A DNA stretch of 56,310 bases, filler included, from Jimgerdemannia flammicorona (lineage: Eukaryota): NCBI GenBank assembly GCA_003990765.1. It is 3 parts of 3 records of this genome, joined end to end, with 100 filler letters (N's around TTAATTAATTAA, not from the genome) between each part and the next. Parts side by side here need not be neighbours in the genome. Positions count along the whole stretch, not along the records: positions 37,617 to 56,310 come from RBNJ01002133.1; 2 more parts are not named here. One strand, given 5' to 3'. Under the pieces are notes generated by a model, which saw nothing but the letters and a program-made list of their open reading frames with translations, had not been told where the DNA came from and did not search any database. Shown in pieces: positions 37,659 to 51,832 of this stretch. The position numbers and the translations under genes are program-made. The stretch's first letter is position 1, and each line of letters opens with the position of its first letter.

Positions 37659-40600
37659 TCTGATGCCAATGAAGTCTACCAGCTCGCACATCGTATTAAT
37701 GAGACACTCCAAGACAAAGCTGAGCTTGACGAGAAGTTAATAAAGCAATTGTCATACCAGGCTTCTGGGGATCTCTCTCCGATGGTCGCTGTATTCGGCG
37801 GGTTGATTGCTCAGGAAGTGCTGAAAGCTGCCAGTGGCAAGTTCCACCCTATCCGGCAATACTTCTACTTTGACTCATTGGAATCCCTACCATCTAACGC
37901 TGACAAATTTACGGAGGACGACACGGCCCCGGTAGGTTTGGACTTGCGTTACGCCTTTGGGTAGACAGTAAACAGTGGACATCCGTATTTCGTCACATCA
38001 ACCTAACAATGAACATACATCACAATTCTTGCCTAGATCGGTTCCCGCTATGACGGCCAAATAGCCGTTTTCGGCCGCGAATTCCAGGACCGTATCGCTA
38101 ATACGAACGAATTCCTCGTTGGCGCTGGTGCGATTGGATGTGAAATGCTGAAGAATTGGGCTATGATAGGCCTGGGCACAGGACCCAGGGGTCGAATTAC
38201 GGTCACTGATATGGATACTATCGAGAAGAGTAATTTGAACAGGCAATTCTTGTTCAGACCTGCTGATGTCGGGGTACGTGTGATTGATTTACATGGATTT
38301 CCGTTGTGTTGGTACGGCTAGCGTATGTAATGGTGTTTGGTAGCGCTGGAGGATCGATATATCATGCGGTTCGATTACAGCTGATCAGAAACCATACTGT
38401 CGACTTCTTCAGAAATTGAAATCGGAGACCGCCGCTGCCGCTATTGCTAAGATGAATCCCGAAACCTTAGGTCATATCAAAGCACACCAAGACCGTGTCG
38501 GTCCCGAGACTGAAAGTATGATATCACATATTTCAGATCATTTTACTAAGCAACGACTACTTTCTTCATTGGAATTTTCACTTTTGGTCATGCGTAAGTG
38601 AATGAACCAACTAAAACGGAATTGTATCCATCATTTCAGACGTGTACGATGATGACTTCTTCGAATCCCTTGACGGTGTTACAAACGCTTTAGATAACGT
38701 TGATGCCCGTGAGTAACAAATTAGTACAGACAACCGCATTTTTTTTTTCTTTTCTTGTTTTGATTTGAGTTATCATCTTGACATTGTATGGCTTTTATAA
38801 CGCTATGATCTTTTATGCATTTGCAGGCAAATATGTAGATAGGCGTTGCGTTTACTTCCGTAAACCGCTGCTCGAGTCCGGCACCCTCGGCACCAAGGGC
38901 AACACGCAAGTTGTCATTCCATTTTTGACCGAGTCGTATGGGTCGTCGCAGGATCCGCCAGAGAAGTCCATTCCTATCTGCACACTCAAGAATTTCCCCA
39001 ACGCAATCGAGCATACCATCCAGTGGTCGCGTGATCTGTTCGAGGGTTTGTTCCGCCAGCCAGCAGAGAACGTGAACCTTTACCTTAGTCAGCCCAACTT
39101 CATCGAAACGTCGCTCAAACAGAGCGGTAATCAGAAGGAGCTGCTCGAATCGCTCCGAAATTTTCTTGTTACGGAAAAGCCCCTGTCATTTGACGAATGT
39201 ATACACTGGGCAAGGTTGAGGTTCGAGGAGTTCTACAACAACAACATCCAGCAATTGCTATTCAACTTCCCGAAAGACTCCGTTAGTTTTTTTTTTTTTT
39301 TTTTTTTTCCCTTTTTCGGGCTCAAATGCGGGGCGGGCGGGTGTGTGTGGATGGGGAATGCATTGCTTCTCAATCATTTGCCCAAACACATGTTCCTAGA
39401 CTAACTACGTGTGATGTATTTTCAGGTTACGTCAACTGGTACTTTATTCTGGTCCGGCCCCAAGAGAGCACCCGAACCGATACAATTCAATCCTGATGAT
39501 GTATGTAACCCATACATTGCCGTCAATGATGGTTAGTTCCATTTTATTAAACAGACTGACTAAATACTAACTCCTTTTCGATTATTCCAGGAAATTCACA
39601 TGGAGTTCATTGTGACCGCTGCAAATCTGCATGCATTCAACTACGGCCTCAAAGGGGAGACAGACCGAGCCTATTTCCGCCGTGTTCTTGCGGATGTAAT
39701 TGTGCCCGAATTCTCGCCCAAAAAGGGGGTCACAATTCAAGTTCAAGAGAACGAGAACGTGCAAGCTGGAGCGACTGCTGGTAAGGATTCTCAATTCCCG
39801 ATTATCAGATGCAGCTGGTGTAGTTGAAGGGGCCTTGTTTGGTTGAATGAGGAATGTTAAAGAGAACCCTCTTTCATCACCCTGTATTTTTCCAGATCAA
39901 GACGAATTGGACCAGATTCTCACTTCCCTTCCACAACCGTCCACATTGGCGGGTTTCCGATTGAACCCGGTGGATTTCGAGAAGGTATGCCACTGTTTTC
40001 CGGATTTTGAATTCCTCAACGTTCAGTTTTAGTGTCAATGTCGTGGACAAGCATCAAAGGTTGCTTTCGTTAACTAATTTTCGTTTTTCTTTCTTCACTC
40101 AGGATGACGACACCAATTTCCACATCGACTTCATCACAGCTGGATCCAACCTGCGTGCTATTAACTATGGCATTGCGCCCGCCGACCGCCACAAGACTAA
40201 GTTCATTGCCGGAAAGATCATTCCTGCTATCGCCACCACAACTGCAATGGTAACCGGTCTTGTATGCTTGGAACTGTATAAGGTAAATTATATAACAAAA
40301 ATTACACACGCTTGACCACGCTCTTATAACAGAACAAAGCTCTAATCGCAACCGTCTTTTTTTGCTGAAACAGATCATCGACAACAAAAAGGAATTGGAG
40401 GCGTATAAGAATGGCTTCGTCAATTTGGCTTTGCCGTTCTTCGGGTTTTCAGAACCGATCGCGATGCCCAAACTCAAGTATCACGATACTGAATTCAGTT
40501 TGTGGGACCGTTTTGATGTCAAGGGTGACTTAACGCTGCAAGAATTCCTTGATTACTTCCGGAATGAACACCAGCTTGACGTGACGATGCTTTCGTGTGG

Positions 40601-41018
40601 CGTGTCCATGCTTTATTCGTTCTTCATGCCCAAGAAGAAGCTGGAAGAGAGGAAGGGAATGAAGTAAGTGGAGTGCACTCGTGTGATGAGTTACTTAATG
40701 CCGATCGTAATAATCCACCGCGTATGTCAATTGTGCAGAGAAAATTGTCTCATTTGCTGTGAATATTTATCATCGCGACCAGGATGTCCAAATTGGTCGA
40801 GAACGTCTCGAAGAAACCCATCCCTGACTACGTAAGGGCTCTCGTGATAGAGATATGCGTGAATGACCGTAGCGGTGAAGATGTTGAGGTTTGTATTCTT
40901 AATGAGGAACTTTGTTGCTTCTGTCCATATATCAGTCGCGGCTCTACGTCGAGTGACTCACTTAACATTCTGGCTGATCATGTAGGTACCGTATGTCCGC
41001 GTCTCCATCAAGTCATGA
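37659..41018 (+). CDS. UBA1: Ubiquitin-activating enzyme E1, 5'-truncated by the contig edge. Exons: 37659-37931, 38037-38273, 38413-38515, 38640-38708, 38827-39281, 39426-39500, 39591-39780, 39896-39984, 40103-40282, 40374-40663, 40783-40888, 40986-41018
   Basis: [59 protein letters not shown]; catalytic Cys in [48 protein letters not shown]-terminal UFD ending [10 protein letters not shown]. All introns are GT-AG. Confidence 0.97.
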
Positions 41019-41463
41019 ATACGATCGTATGCCAACGAGGTTCTAGCTTTCTTTTTGTCGAATTCTACCTTCCCCAATTATTTTGGACATTCTCTTATTT
41101 TGTATATGTTTGCTACATTTACCTCGAGAATAAAATTTGTGTGGTGTGGAAGATATGATATGTTTTAAAGTTTTACGTCCTCTCTAATCTCTTGGGGTGC
41201 ACGTGATCCAAATTCGCATCATCAGTAATTGATGTATCGATATCCTTCATATTCGAATGACTGTAAAAGTTCGTTTGCAAGGTTGTACTTTGAGTGCTTG
41301 GCATTACAGCAATAGCAGGGAAGGGGTTAGCAATCAGCAGCTAGAATAACTGATGCTCTAGACAGCAATATTTGTAACTGCATTTGTATCTCTTTTCTGT
41401 ATTATATACTTGATTCTTCTTGCTGGACATTGGGGATGGATGCATTTGATTGTGCTGTGCAAG

Positions 41464-41560
41464 TAGTGCTTTTAAATATGTAAATCAAATCAATTTAATT
41501 GAATCAAATTGAGGTTGATTTGAATTGAATCAAATTAAGAATTTTTTAGCAGATTTTTTT
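41464..41560 (+). mobile_element. Left arm of a decayed hAT-MITE-family copy
   Basis: TAGTGCTT...aatcaaattgaggttgatttgaattgaatcaaatt resembles 12260-12330. Confidence 0.55.
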
Positions 41561-41670
41561 TTACTTGAACTATTTGAAGAGAGTTAAGTTACAGGCATAT
41601 CTTTTTATGAAAAGTAATATATTAAATAGTTTTCACTTCATCTTCTTGAATATATTTAGCTAGAAGTAAG

Positions 41671-41672
<2 letters not shown>

Positions 41673-41716
<44 letters not shown>

Positions 41717-44690
41717 GACTCAAGTTCTATAAATTTTTATTAGAAGAGAACTTAGACTATATATCAAAACTCTCTCCCACTTCTATCCCAAACACTATAC
41801 TAGTAAATATTCAACACTGTCACTCTTCCTATCAGAGATATATAGTGACCATCCTATCTCAAAAGAGTGCTTCCCCACTCTATCACTACTCTCATTATTC
41901 ATATGACAGCAAAGAGTTATATACTGAAAAGTAGATCTCCAGATAATGCACAGCCTCTCCCATAGAGATAATTGTTCTAATGATGTCCCCACCTATTATC
42001 TCTTCCTCTAATACTAAGGTCTCATACTTATGCCAGTTAAGCTTAGTACTCAAGTATCCCTCATACTACTCTACTGCTTCTTTCACTACTGCAACATCCT
42101 CAACTAACCTTAGCCCAACTGCCATATCATTAGTAAAGGCCCCTATCTTCTAATTAACCCCTAGAATATCCAATCCTCTCATCTTATGCCATATTCTATC
42201 CAAAAGAGACTTCAGGGATAGTACATAAGAATTGGTAACAGTGGATCTCTCTATGACACTCCTCTATTTAAAGAGAATGAAACTCTTCTGTACTCATTTA
42301 TTATAATTACTACTTGACTCCCTTTCAGTAGACCAACTAAGGCCTGTTGGACTCCAGGGAGGACTCCAATGTACTTTAGTACTCCTTTCAACTATACTCA
42401 TTAGACTCTATTATAGGTCTTCTCTTGGTTCAAGAAAACCAGCTTTCTATCTACTCTAGTAGTATGAGTGCTCTTGATAATACCATGTACCCAGGCTATC
42501 TCATCTCTAATTAGATATCTTCTTACAAATCCTCTCTACTCAGTTCCCAGAATCTATTAAGCCACTCTCTATAGCCTAGCTACTAGGATCTTCATGATTA
42601 GTTTACAATCTATATTCAGAAGTATGATCAGCCTCTAGTTCTTCCACTTCTCCCTTCTTCTCTTATTCTTAAACAGCAGAGCTATAAGACTCAAGCTCTG
42701 CCCTCCAATTCATGCTCCAGAGCTTATTACTTTATCATACATTGCTGTTATTTTCTTCAGAATCAACTCAACTCCTGCTATCTTCTTTCAAAAATCCCAC
42801 TATAAGCTATTCTCTCATAGTATTATTCTGGAGCTTATCATCATCAGTATCTGCTGAATCTCTTCTCTTTGGATAGCCACACCTAAGTTATCTAAGCCTG
42901 CTGCCAGATCAGAGTACTATTCCTCCAAGTGCCTATCAATATCTATCTCCTCCATCCCTCTATCCTCCTTGCTCTATAAATATCTCCACCATCTACTCAA
43001 CTGATCCAGAATCTCTGGTACCCTTACTACTAACTCCCCAGTCTCATCCAAAACCCTCTCCCATTACTACCTTACTCTCCTCATCTATAGAAGCTATGAC
43101 AAAAACTTGGTTGACCTTTCTTCCTCCTCCAAACTCTGCCACTACAGCTGGGCTGCCATGTCTTTAATCTATAGGTCCTCCTCATATCTCAATACATCTA
43201 CCTCTAGCCTGATCTACTGTAATCACTAATTCTCATTCTTGCCATCCTTCAGCAGATCTACCCAAGTCACCAATAACCCCACCAATCTCTGAGAGACTCA
43301 CCTTACTCACTTCTTCCTCTGAGTACTCCACATCCTTCCCACCTTCTTCTAGTACTATTGTACCTTAGATTTCAATCTTATTTAGCAATCCCCAATCCCC
43401 AGCTTCTCTGCTCACCAATCAAGAACTCTGAAGCTAATATCTACCACTCACACCTTCTATAGGGAGGCCTCTCCTAGTAAGGAGATATTCAGTTATCAAT
43501 ATTCTAGTTCCTCTCCACTTCTCTCAAAACATCTCCCTCTTAGAAGACCCCAATAATCTGACCATAGATACCAAACAATTTCCAAAGTCCTCCAGATATT
43601 AACTCCCCAGCAATCAGTAGTCAATATCCAGTCAATCTTTGAGCCCAGTCTCACTACTCAGTGGGTAAAAACCCCATCTAAGCCTCCTGGCATCTACTAA
43701 AGAGCTCAGACATTTGATTTCCTCTCAGGCTTCTATACTACTACTTCTATCTGCCATCTCTCTTTCTCCATCAGTTCTGTCTATCTTTCTATTATATACT
43801 ATATTAAAGTTCCCTCCTAAACAATTAATACCAGCCTCCACTAATGCTCTAGACTCTCATAGCTCTTGAATTCATTTCACTCTCTCCCCCCTCTCAGCTG
43901 GACAATAACAAGACTCAACCATTAAGGACCTCTAGCCTGGTCTCTTTCAAACTCCCCACACTACTCTGCTCTCACAGTATCCAATATCTCTAATGTCCCC
44001 CTTGTTCTTCCAAACCATAATACTTATACATCCTCACCATACAGCCATATCACCCCATTCCTTTGTTCAGTCCAGAATATCTAAGTCCTCATTACACCCA
44101 ATATCCTGTAGTAGGAATAGATCTGCTTCTATTTTCTCCAGCTATCCAAAGATATTTTGAAGCCTCATACTCTATAGTCTATTGATATTCAAAGATAATA
44201 TTTTAGTTATACTGTTTATATTTAAAGAAAAGTTATCTACTCTACAATTCTATGCTCACTATATCACCAGTAATATTAAGATTCCTCTCAGCCTCCAGTT
44301 TATCCACCTCTTCCTACTGAGTCTCCAGTACCTCTAAGATCTCCTGACAATTCATACCATCTACAGCCTCTATCTCTATTTGGTACTTCTCATACATTAT
44401 CTGCTACTTTGCCAGCTCTTTTCTTAGACCCCACATATATACAGCCCTATTATTCACAATTACCAGAAATACTGCCTCTCTGTCATCATCTATCTGATAT
44501 GTCTTAATCTCTAGCAATACTGCCATTATCTTATTCTGAAGTTTTCTTAGCACCTTCTCACCATACAGGATTTCACCCCAGTATCTCTTGCTCTGTATCT
44601 AGAAGTTCTCTCCCCAGCTCCTCAGCTGCCACATTCTCAAGTATTTTTCACAACTATTTCTCCTCAACCTCAGCCTTTGTCACTCTACAG
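41673..44690 (-). mobile_element. Decayed non-LTR retrotransposon (LINE, L1/Tx1-like: APE endonuclease plus RT) with poly-A tail
   Basis: Minus strand: KILSLNINRL...ADLFLLQ (APE start, about 44200); KN*RLIILLNIDCK (RT region, about 42620); AFTNDMAVG (decayed ADD motif, about 42130). The 40-nt poly-T at 41673-41712 on + is the 3' tail. Strongly CpG-depleted. Confidence 0.8.
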
Positions 44691-47600
44691 GTAGTGGACC
44701 TTAATAGTATCTGGTAGTGCCAATTTATAGGAGGTTGGAGAGACTTATACAATGACTTCGAATGGTCTAATAAACTTACTGTTCAGCTTTGTAGATAGTC
44801 TGTGCTTGAGGTTATCAACTTAGTATCCTCAGATATCCAGTAGAACTTTTTCTCCAATGTCAAAGGTTTCTTCTCAGTGGTATTGGTTAATATACTGTAA
44901 CTGTTGTTCTTGAGCTCACAATAAATTCTCAATTGTGATCTGGCTTAGATTGCACATTCAGAGCAGGAATTCTTCAACAGCTTTGACTGTAGAGGGTTCA
45001 TCAGTAGTTCAGATAAGTGTCAGAGGGGTGTTTGGGTTTTGTCCAATATTGGCAAAGAATGGGGTTATTCCAAGAGTGGCTTACTTGCTATTGTTATAGG
45101 CAAACTTGATGGCAGTGAGGTGTTCATACTAATCATCTTGTCTGTAGGAAATATAGTTCCTTAGTATTTATTCCAGAGTTTGGTTCATTCTTTCAGTTTG
45201 GCCATCAGTTTTAGGATAAAAGGCTGTGGATAGTGCAAGTTTCATTTCAAGATATACATGGAGGGCTTTCTAAAAATGACTGGTGAATTTTGGGTCTTGG
45301 TCACTAACAATGATCTTAGAAAGACCATGATAGCAGAAGATGTTGTCAAACAAGAGTGTAGCTATGTCCAGTACTGTTGCAATAGTAGTAGTTGGTACAA
45401 AGTAGACTTGTTTGCTGAGATAGTCCACAAAGACAACAATTGTATCTTTCCTGTTCTTGGTTCGGGATAGTTGTACAATGAAGTCTATAGAGATTTGTTC
45501 CCAATTAGCAGATGGTACTGGGATTGGATAGAGTAGGCCAGGTTTTGCTAGTATTGAGAACTTGTTGCATTGGCAGGTATTATAGGAAGTGATATAGGTC
45601 TTTAGCTGATCTGCCATATGGGACCAATAGAAGTTTTGAGAGATAACTTTATAGCATTTGTCAAATCCTAAATGTCCAGTGGTAGGGGCATCATGACATT
45701 TGAATAGGATAGTCCTTTGGAGGTCTTGGTTGTTTAGAACATACAATCTGTCCTTATAGTAGATAGCATTGTCCTTCAGTTGATATTGGTGGTACCAGAT
45801 ATACTTGTCAGCATCATCACTGTTCAGGATTTCTTAGAGTACTTGAGCTTCTTTATCATCAGCACATACTGTGATAATTTGTTTTATGATAGTATTGGTA
45901 ACCAAGGTGAGAGTTTGGATAACTTCTTCAATAGGTGGTCTGGAGATTGCATCAGTAACAATGTTTTCCTTGCCAGAGTGATACTGGATTTTATAGTCAA
46001 AGTTGGTGAGGACTTTCATCCATCTGGCTTACTTTTGAGAAAGGGTAGCCTGGGTCTTGATGTTGACTAATGACTTGTAGTTAGTCAGTATGGTGAAGTG
46101 TACTCCTTCTAGATATGGTCACCATTTAATCAGAGTATCTACAATGGTTAGCATTTCCTTCTCATGGGTTATATAGTTAATTTTGACATCATTGAACTTG
46201 TGAGAGTGATAGACCACAGGGTGTCCTTCTTACATGAGTACTGCTTCAAGAGCTAGGTTAGAGGTATCAGTAGTAACTTTATATAGTAGGGCAGGGTTTA
46301 CTGCTTGAAGTACTAGAGTAGTCATCAAGACATCTTTTAGTGCTTGAAAGGCTATATCTTATTCAGATCTCCAATTTACAAAATTGTTGAAGTCTTTCTC
46401 TTGTTTCATAGTTCAGGACTGTTCTTCTTTCTTGTTGTGCTTGGTCATTTGGGTAAGGGTGGTAGCAATTTTAGCAAAGTTGGCAATAAATTGTCTGTAA
46501 TAGTTTACTAATCTCAAGAATAACTAGAGGTCTTTCAGCTTCTTGGGTCTGGGCCAATCTTTGATTGTGGAGATTTTGCTGGGATCTACTTTAATTCCAT
46601 TTAGTATGACAATATATTCAAGGAATTAGATTTATTTCAGGAGAAATTCGCACTTGCTGAGTTTTACAAAGAGTCGGTTTTCTCAGAGTTTCCGTAGTAC
46701 TAGTTCAAGGTGTTCAAAATGTTCCTCCAGGGTTTTGCTGAAGACTAGGATGTCATTGATGTAGACAATAATGAATTTGTCCAGGTATGGGTGCAGAATG
46801 GTATTCATCAGTATCTGAAAGGTTGCAGAAGCATTAGTTAAGCCAAAGGGCATAACCAGAAACTCAAAGTATCCATAGTGAGTTTGGAAGGCTGTTTTGT
46901 AGATGTCTTCTTCTTTCATGGCAATTTGCCAGTAACCATTTCACAGGTCAAAGGAGCTCATGAATTGCAGGTTAGTGAGCCTATTGAATATTTCATCAAT
47001 TCTTAATAGTGGGCAACAGTTCTTGATGGTCTGTTCATTGAGGTCATGGTAATCAATATATATTCTCAGATCTCCTCCTTTCTTGACAATAAAGAGGACT
47101 GGTGCACTGTAGAGTGATATACTAAGTCTGATGAATCCTTGTTCTAGGAGTTCATTGATTTCTTTCTTAAGTGCATCAATTTCTCTTGGCAACATATAGT
47201 AGATTGACTTGAAGGCTAGCTTGGTATCTGGAATGATCTTGATTATATGGTCTACTGCTCGTTTAGAAGGTAGGCCTTTCAGAAACTTCTTTGGGAATAT
47301 ATCTCAGAATTTCTAGAGTAAGGGTCTAATATGGCTGTCAACTTTGGAAAAGTCTTCTTCAGAGTTCTCAGGTTCTCCTTTGGATGGGTGGATAGAGATG
47401 GCAAAAAGAGGGCATTTCTTGGCCAATTTCTTGAGCTGTAGCTTGTTAATATGGGTGATCTTTGGTCCAGAGTCACTAGAGCTGAGTGGGTCCTTTTTAC
47501 CTTGCAGTTTGAAGTTATAGCATCCTTTCTTGATAGTCAGAGAATGGTTTACTCAATTGATCATGGAGTTCTCTTATTTTAACCATAGAGTCCCAAGGAT

Positions 47601-48079
47601 GATTTCATTATCAAGAAGTGGTACAATCTGGAGGATAACATATACTCAGTAGTTACTAATTCAGAAGGGTAGGTTGTAGACTTCCTTGCTAATGATATAG
47701 AAGGTTCCATCAGCTGTGGCAACTGCTTGAGTTTGTTATACTGGAGAGGTGAAGACCTTGAGTCTATTGGCTGTTTCTTCTTTGATAAAGTTGTCTGAGG
47801 CACCACTGTCTATCATAATCTTAACAGGTGCTCAGTTGACAAAAGCTTGAAGTGTAAGCAGTTTGTCTGATCCAATAGTGGTGATTTCAGTTGTAGGAGC
47901 TTTCCTTCTGTTGGTTCTTCTTTGAGCCAGTTCATTGACACAAGAGAAGCAATCATCAATCATTTGGGAAGAGTACATTCCAATACTATGGGGGTATTGA
48001 CCACTTGATATATATCCATCTTCGATTTTCTTATAGAATTATTCTTCTTTGTTCATGGTAGATTGGGCTGGGGTCTTGG

Positions 48080-48480
48080 TTAATGAGCCAAATCCTTTGA
48101 ATCCTCAGATGGTGGGCAGTAGTTCAGAGACTTCCTTGACTATCAGGGTTGACTTGATTTTTTTGAATAGAATCTGGACAATACAGAAACTAATGGGAAT
48201 CTTGAAGAGTGTCCAACTATGGTTTCAGATGAGAATAATAATTTCGCCTATATAATCTTCATCAATGACTCCTCCTTCTACTGAGAGTCCTTTCAATGCT
48301 AGGCTGCTGCAACAGTATATTCTTCCAATATGTCTTTCAGGGATTTGGATGCTGATTTTTGTGTAGACTTACTTGACTTCTTGGTTGGAAACTGTAGCTT
48401 CTTCAGCTGTATACAGGTCATATCCAGCTGCTTTTTGACTTCCTTTGGTTGAGGCCTTGGTAGTTTGTCTTAATTTGACA
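48080..48480 (-). pseudogene. dUTPase domain in the Gypsy polyprotein
   Basis: AAGYDLYT...GRIYCCSSLALKGLSVEGGVIDEDYIGEI...I*GFKGFGS (trimeric dUTPase motifs I, II, III and V), located between the knuckle and the protease. Confidence 0.85.
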
Positions 48481-50639
48481 AAGTCCAGTATTCTGGTAGT
48501 CAGGTTATTGAGGTGATGCAGAGTAGTAACAGTTGCTTATGTTGCTGTTCAGGGTTTTCAGTTGAGGCAGGCACTGGCCATATATCCTGTCTTTCAGCAA
48601 TAGAAGTATGCTCCACTTCTTTGAAGTTCATTCCTTTTGCCATCAGTGAGTTTCTTGAAGGTACTTAGCTGGGTAGGTTCATAATTTCTAGGTGTCCAAG
48701 AGGTAGATGTGGAGGGAGCTCAGGATGCTTCATGCTTGGGTTCTTCTTTCTTGGTCCAAGTCTTTTCTTTATTGTTGAATTGTCTTCAGGACAGAATTGG
48801 TCCAGCTGTTAGAATTCACTTGACCATAGTCTTGATTCTTGCCAGGCACCATTGTTGGTGATTGCAACCAACTGGGCAGCCTTATTCTCAGATTTTTCTA
48901 GTAAGCCATTCAGGCAGAGCATCGAATAAATGGTCTGTTCTTGTACTATTTCATACTTCATCATTGGCAATATATCCTAGGCCAACAGTGTTTAGGAGTG
49001 ACTCAAGTTTTATATAGAAGGTTTTGAATTCTTCTTTGCCATATACATCAAATTTGAGATTGTGGAGTTTTACTTGAGATTCAGCAATCATGATTTCACT
49101 GCAGTATTGAGCAATCATGAGTTGTTTGAGTCCAGGGACTGCAGGATGGGCTTTATATCCTGGGGCATTATTTGCTGCATTCTGGGCAACTACTGCAGAC
49201 TGGGTGTCCCATGTGAGGGGTTTTTCAGGAAGAGTTCACCACCATTCTTTGGCAGGTCTTCAGAAGAATGTAATAACTTAGCAGCCATAGACTGTAGTTG
49301 TAGCAAAGAGTTGTTCCAGAGTGTGGTCTTAATTATTTATCAGAAGGTGGTCAGCAACTTGCTCATTGGTCCATTGATTGGCTTCAAAGTTAGTGTCAAC
49401 TATACTAATGAAGCTTTGGACTTCTTATGCAGTACCATTAAAGATAGATAGGCTAAAATTTTTGGTAGGTCAGGTCTGTTTGGCTAAAGTAGTAATGGTT
49501 GCTGCCATTATTGCTATCTGGGCTGTAAGGTCTAGAATCTGTTGGTTTACCATATTGTTTGCTGAAGATGGTTAGACTACTAGTAGTAGTATTACTGGTA
49601 CTACTTGAGATACTGGTGCAGAGTGTGATGGAGTTCTTTGAGTCTATATAAGTTGCTGGAGTAATAGTTGTGGGTCTGGAGTAAGGGCTCAATAAATAGC
49701 TATCTGTTGCTGTATAGGTGTATTCTGTCCTGATAGAGGTGCATCTCCTTCAGTAGTGTATCTGGGATCAAATTTACTGAGATACTCCTCCTCCTCTTCA
49801 GTTTGGTCTCTGTATAGTTGGGTTTGCTCAGCATTAAAGTAGATAGAATCAGTTGTATATCCGATTTTGGATGGAATTAATTCAAAGTCAAGTTCTGGTT
49901 CAGTATTGGTTTCAGGTTCAGGTAGAGCCATAGCAAAGCCTGCTTCTGGTTCAGGGTCAGGTTGTTGATGAAGGGTTTCTCTTACTTCTTCTTTAAGAAT
50001 ATAGTGGGTCTTGCTATTCTGGAATCAGTAGTATAATGCGGTCTTGGTTCTGGTATAGTGAAAGTCAGTAGAGTTGAGCCACTTGGCTACAGAGGCTTGG
50101 GCTTCATGAGGGACTAAGGCTAGAAAGACTACTGATGGTTGTCCTAGGTCACTTGGATTTGTGGAGCTAACAAAACTCTTGTTGAGAAGAGTAAAGAAGA
50201 CTGCTATAAGACCTTCTTTGTCTTGACTTGCTGGGTGTAGAGCAAGGAGTTCAGTGAATAGGGTTTCACTTATTTGCTGATTTAATTGGAGTACTTCTTT
50301 CTTTGAATGAAGTTTGTCTCACTTATTGCAGATATAGAAGTCAAATTGTCCTTATACATCAGGTTCAATTTTCTCCAGATTGTCAGATGGTTCAGGATAA
50401 ATTCCAGTTCAGAGGTTGGGCTTTATACTAACTTGTAAGAATTCTTAGAGGAGTTTGTAGCAGGGTGAGAAAGCATCTTAAAGTAGAATTGAATTATAAA
50501 CCACTGCTACCAAGTTGTAAGAGGGTTACTTTTTAGGGTAACCATTATGTAGTTCTGGAAGGGTTTTCTGGAAGTTCTGGATATTCTGGAAGACCATTTT
50601 CTTATGGTCAAGATCAATTTCATATGGAGTATATCCTCT

Positions 50640-51832
50640 TTTTTTTTTATTTTTTTTTTTATTTAACAGACTCAATGTCCTGCAGATTTTTATTGAAAGG
50701 GAACCTAGACTATATAGGCCAAAACCCTCCCCCACTACCCATCAAGCACTGCCCCCCAATTAACCTAGGCTAGCTATTGTCTAGTAGCTCGACCATACCA
50801 GGCACAGCAGGACTAATCAGCCCGTACCTCATTCTGTACACCATGCTCTCCCTATTACCAGGGGAAACCCAGCCATATGCCAATGACTGAAAGCACATAT
50901 CCAAGAACCCAACATATGTATAAGGCTATGCCCAAGCTGAATAGAATAGCCCCTGCCACTCCAAAGAGAATGACAGGTAAAGAAAAATTCTCATCAAAGT
51001 ACAACATAGTAGGTAGGGCCTGGTTCTCCCAGTCGAGGTGAGTAAAGAACTTACATGTGAGGCAGGAGGAGACCTCCAATACCCCACTACTCAAGTCTGT
51101 AGACCTTGATTACGTTACTATATCAGCTCCTGGTTCTAGATAAGTACAGCTAAGATACCTAAAATGGGTAACCTTGGGCCCCCCGACCCCCCCTAATGAC
51201 TGGGGCCTAACCCACCAACCTGTCAAAAGAAGCCAAGAGTGATACCTACCACCTAACCATGCCACATCAATCAAAAGGCCCCACTGAAACAGTATCTGCC
51301 CTAGCCCTGATGACTACCCCCAGACTGGCACTCTACTGGTTCACTATTATCACCCTTCTTCTTATCTGTGACAGCCATCTCCCCTCCCATCCTGACAATA
51401 CCTGAAAAGCAGTCACCTATGCCAGAACTGTGCTCACTGGGAAGCTCGCTAAAGCCAGAGGGCCCCACCATAGGTACTGAGAACCTGTAGGTAACCTATA
51501 CTGAGTACTTGATGCTCAAGGTTGGCCAACTCCCTACATAGCCTGAGATATACCAGGACAGTACCTTATTGGTGATGGCAAAAGGAAGAAGATGCCACAT
51601 CAAAATAGATGCACTCCAGATACAGCTGAAGACACCAGAAACTGTAAAAAAGTGAAGAAGACACCAATCCAACACTGATAAAGGAGCAACTCATCACTAT
51701 TGCCCTCCTCCCACTATGCCTATATAGGTACAGCAAACCAACTCAAGGTAGAGAGAGTAATATTAGGGGAAAGGGGACTCAGAAGGTTGCCTACCAAACC
51801 TTGTGACTAGTAAGGTAGTGGAGAAAGAAGCC
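50640..51832 (-). mobile_element. 1.19-kb non-autonomous non-LTR retroposon inserted in the Gypsy LTR
   Basis: 15-bp TSD tggagtat(a/g)tcctct at 50625-50639 and 51833-51847. Poly-T on + at 50640-50664. The 3' terminus (aacagactcaa...atttttattgaaagggaacctagactatat) matches the LINE tail at 41713-41780. Confidence 0.85.

Noticed and set aside
23583..41018. Apparent ubiquitin gene cluster (BTB adaptor, HECT E3, E1 UBA1)
   Set aside because: UBA1 is on a different contig across an artificial linker, and BTB-SPRY lies outside the transposon TIRs.
51770..51832. HDV-like ribozyme at the 5' end of the 1.2-kb retroposon (ACU-ACCUUACU-AGU resembles P3/L3)
   Set aside because: I could not form convincing P1 or P2 pairings. 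A consensus plus Infernal search would be needed.
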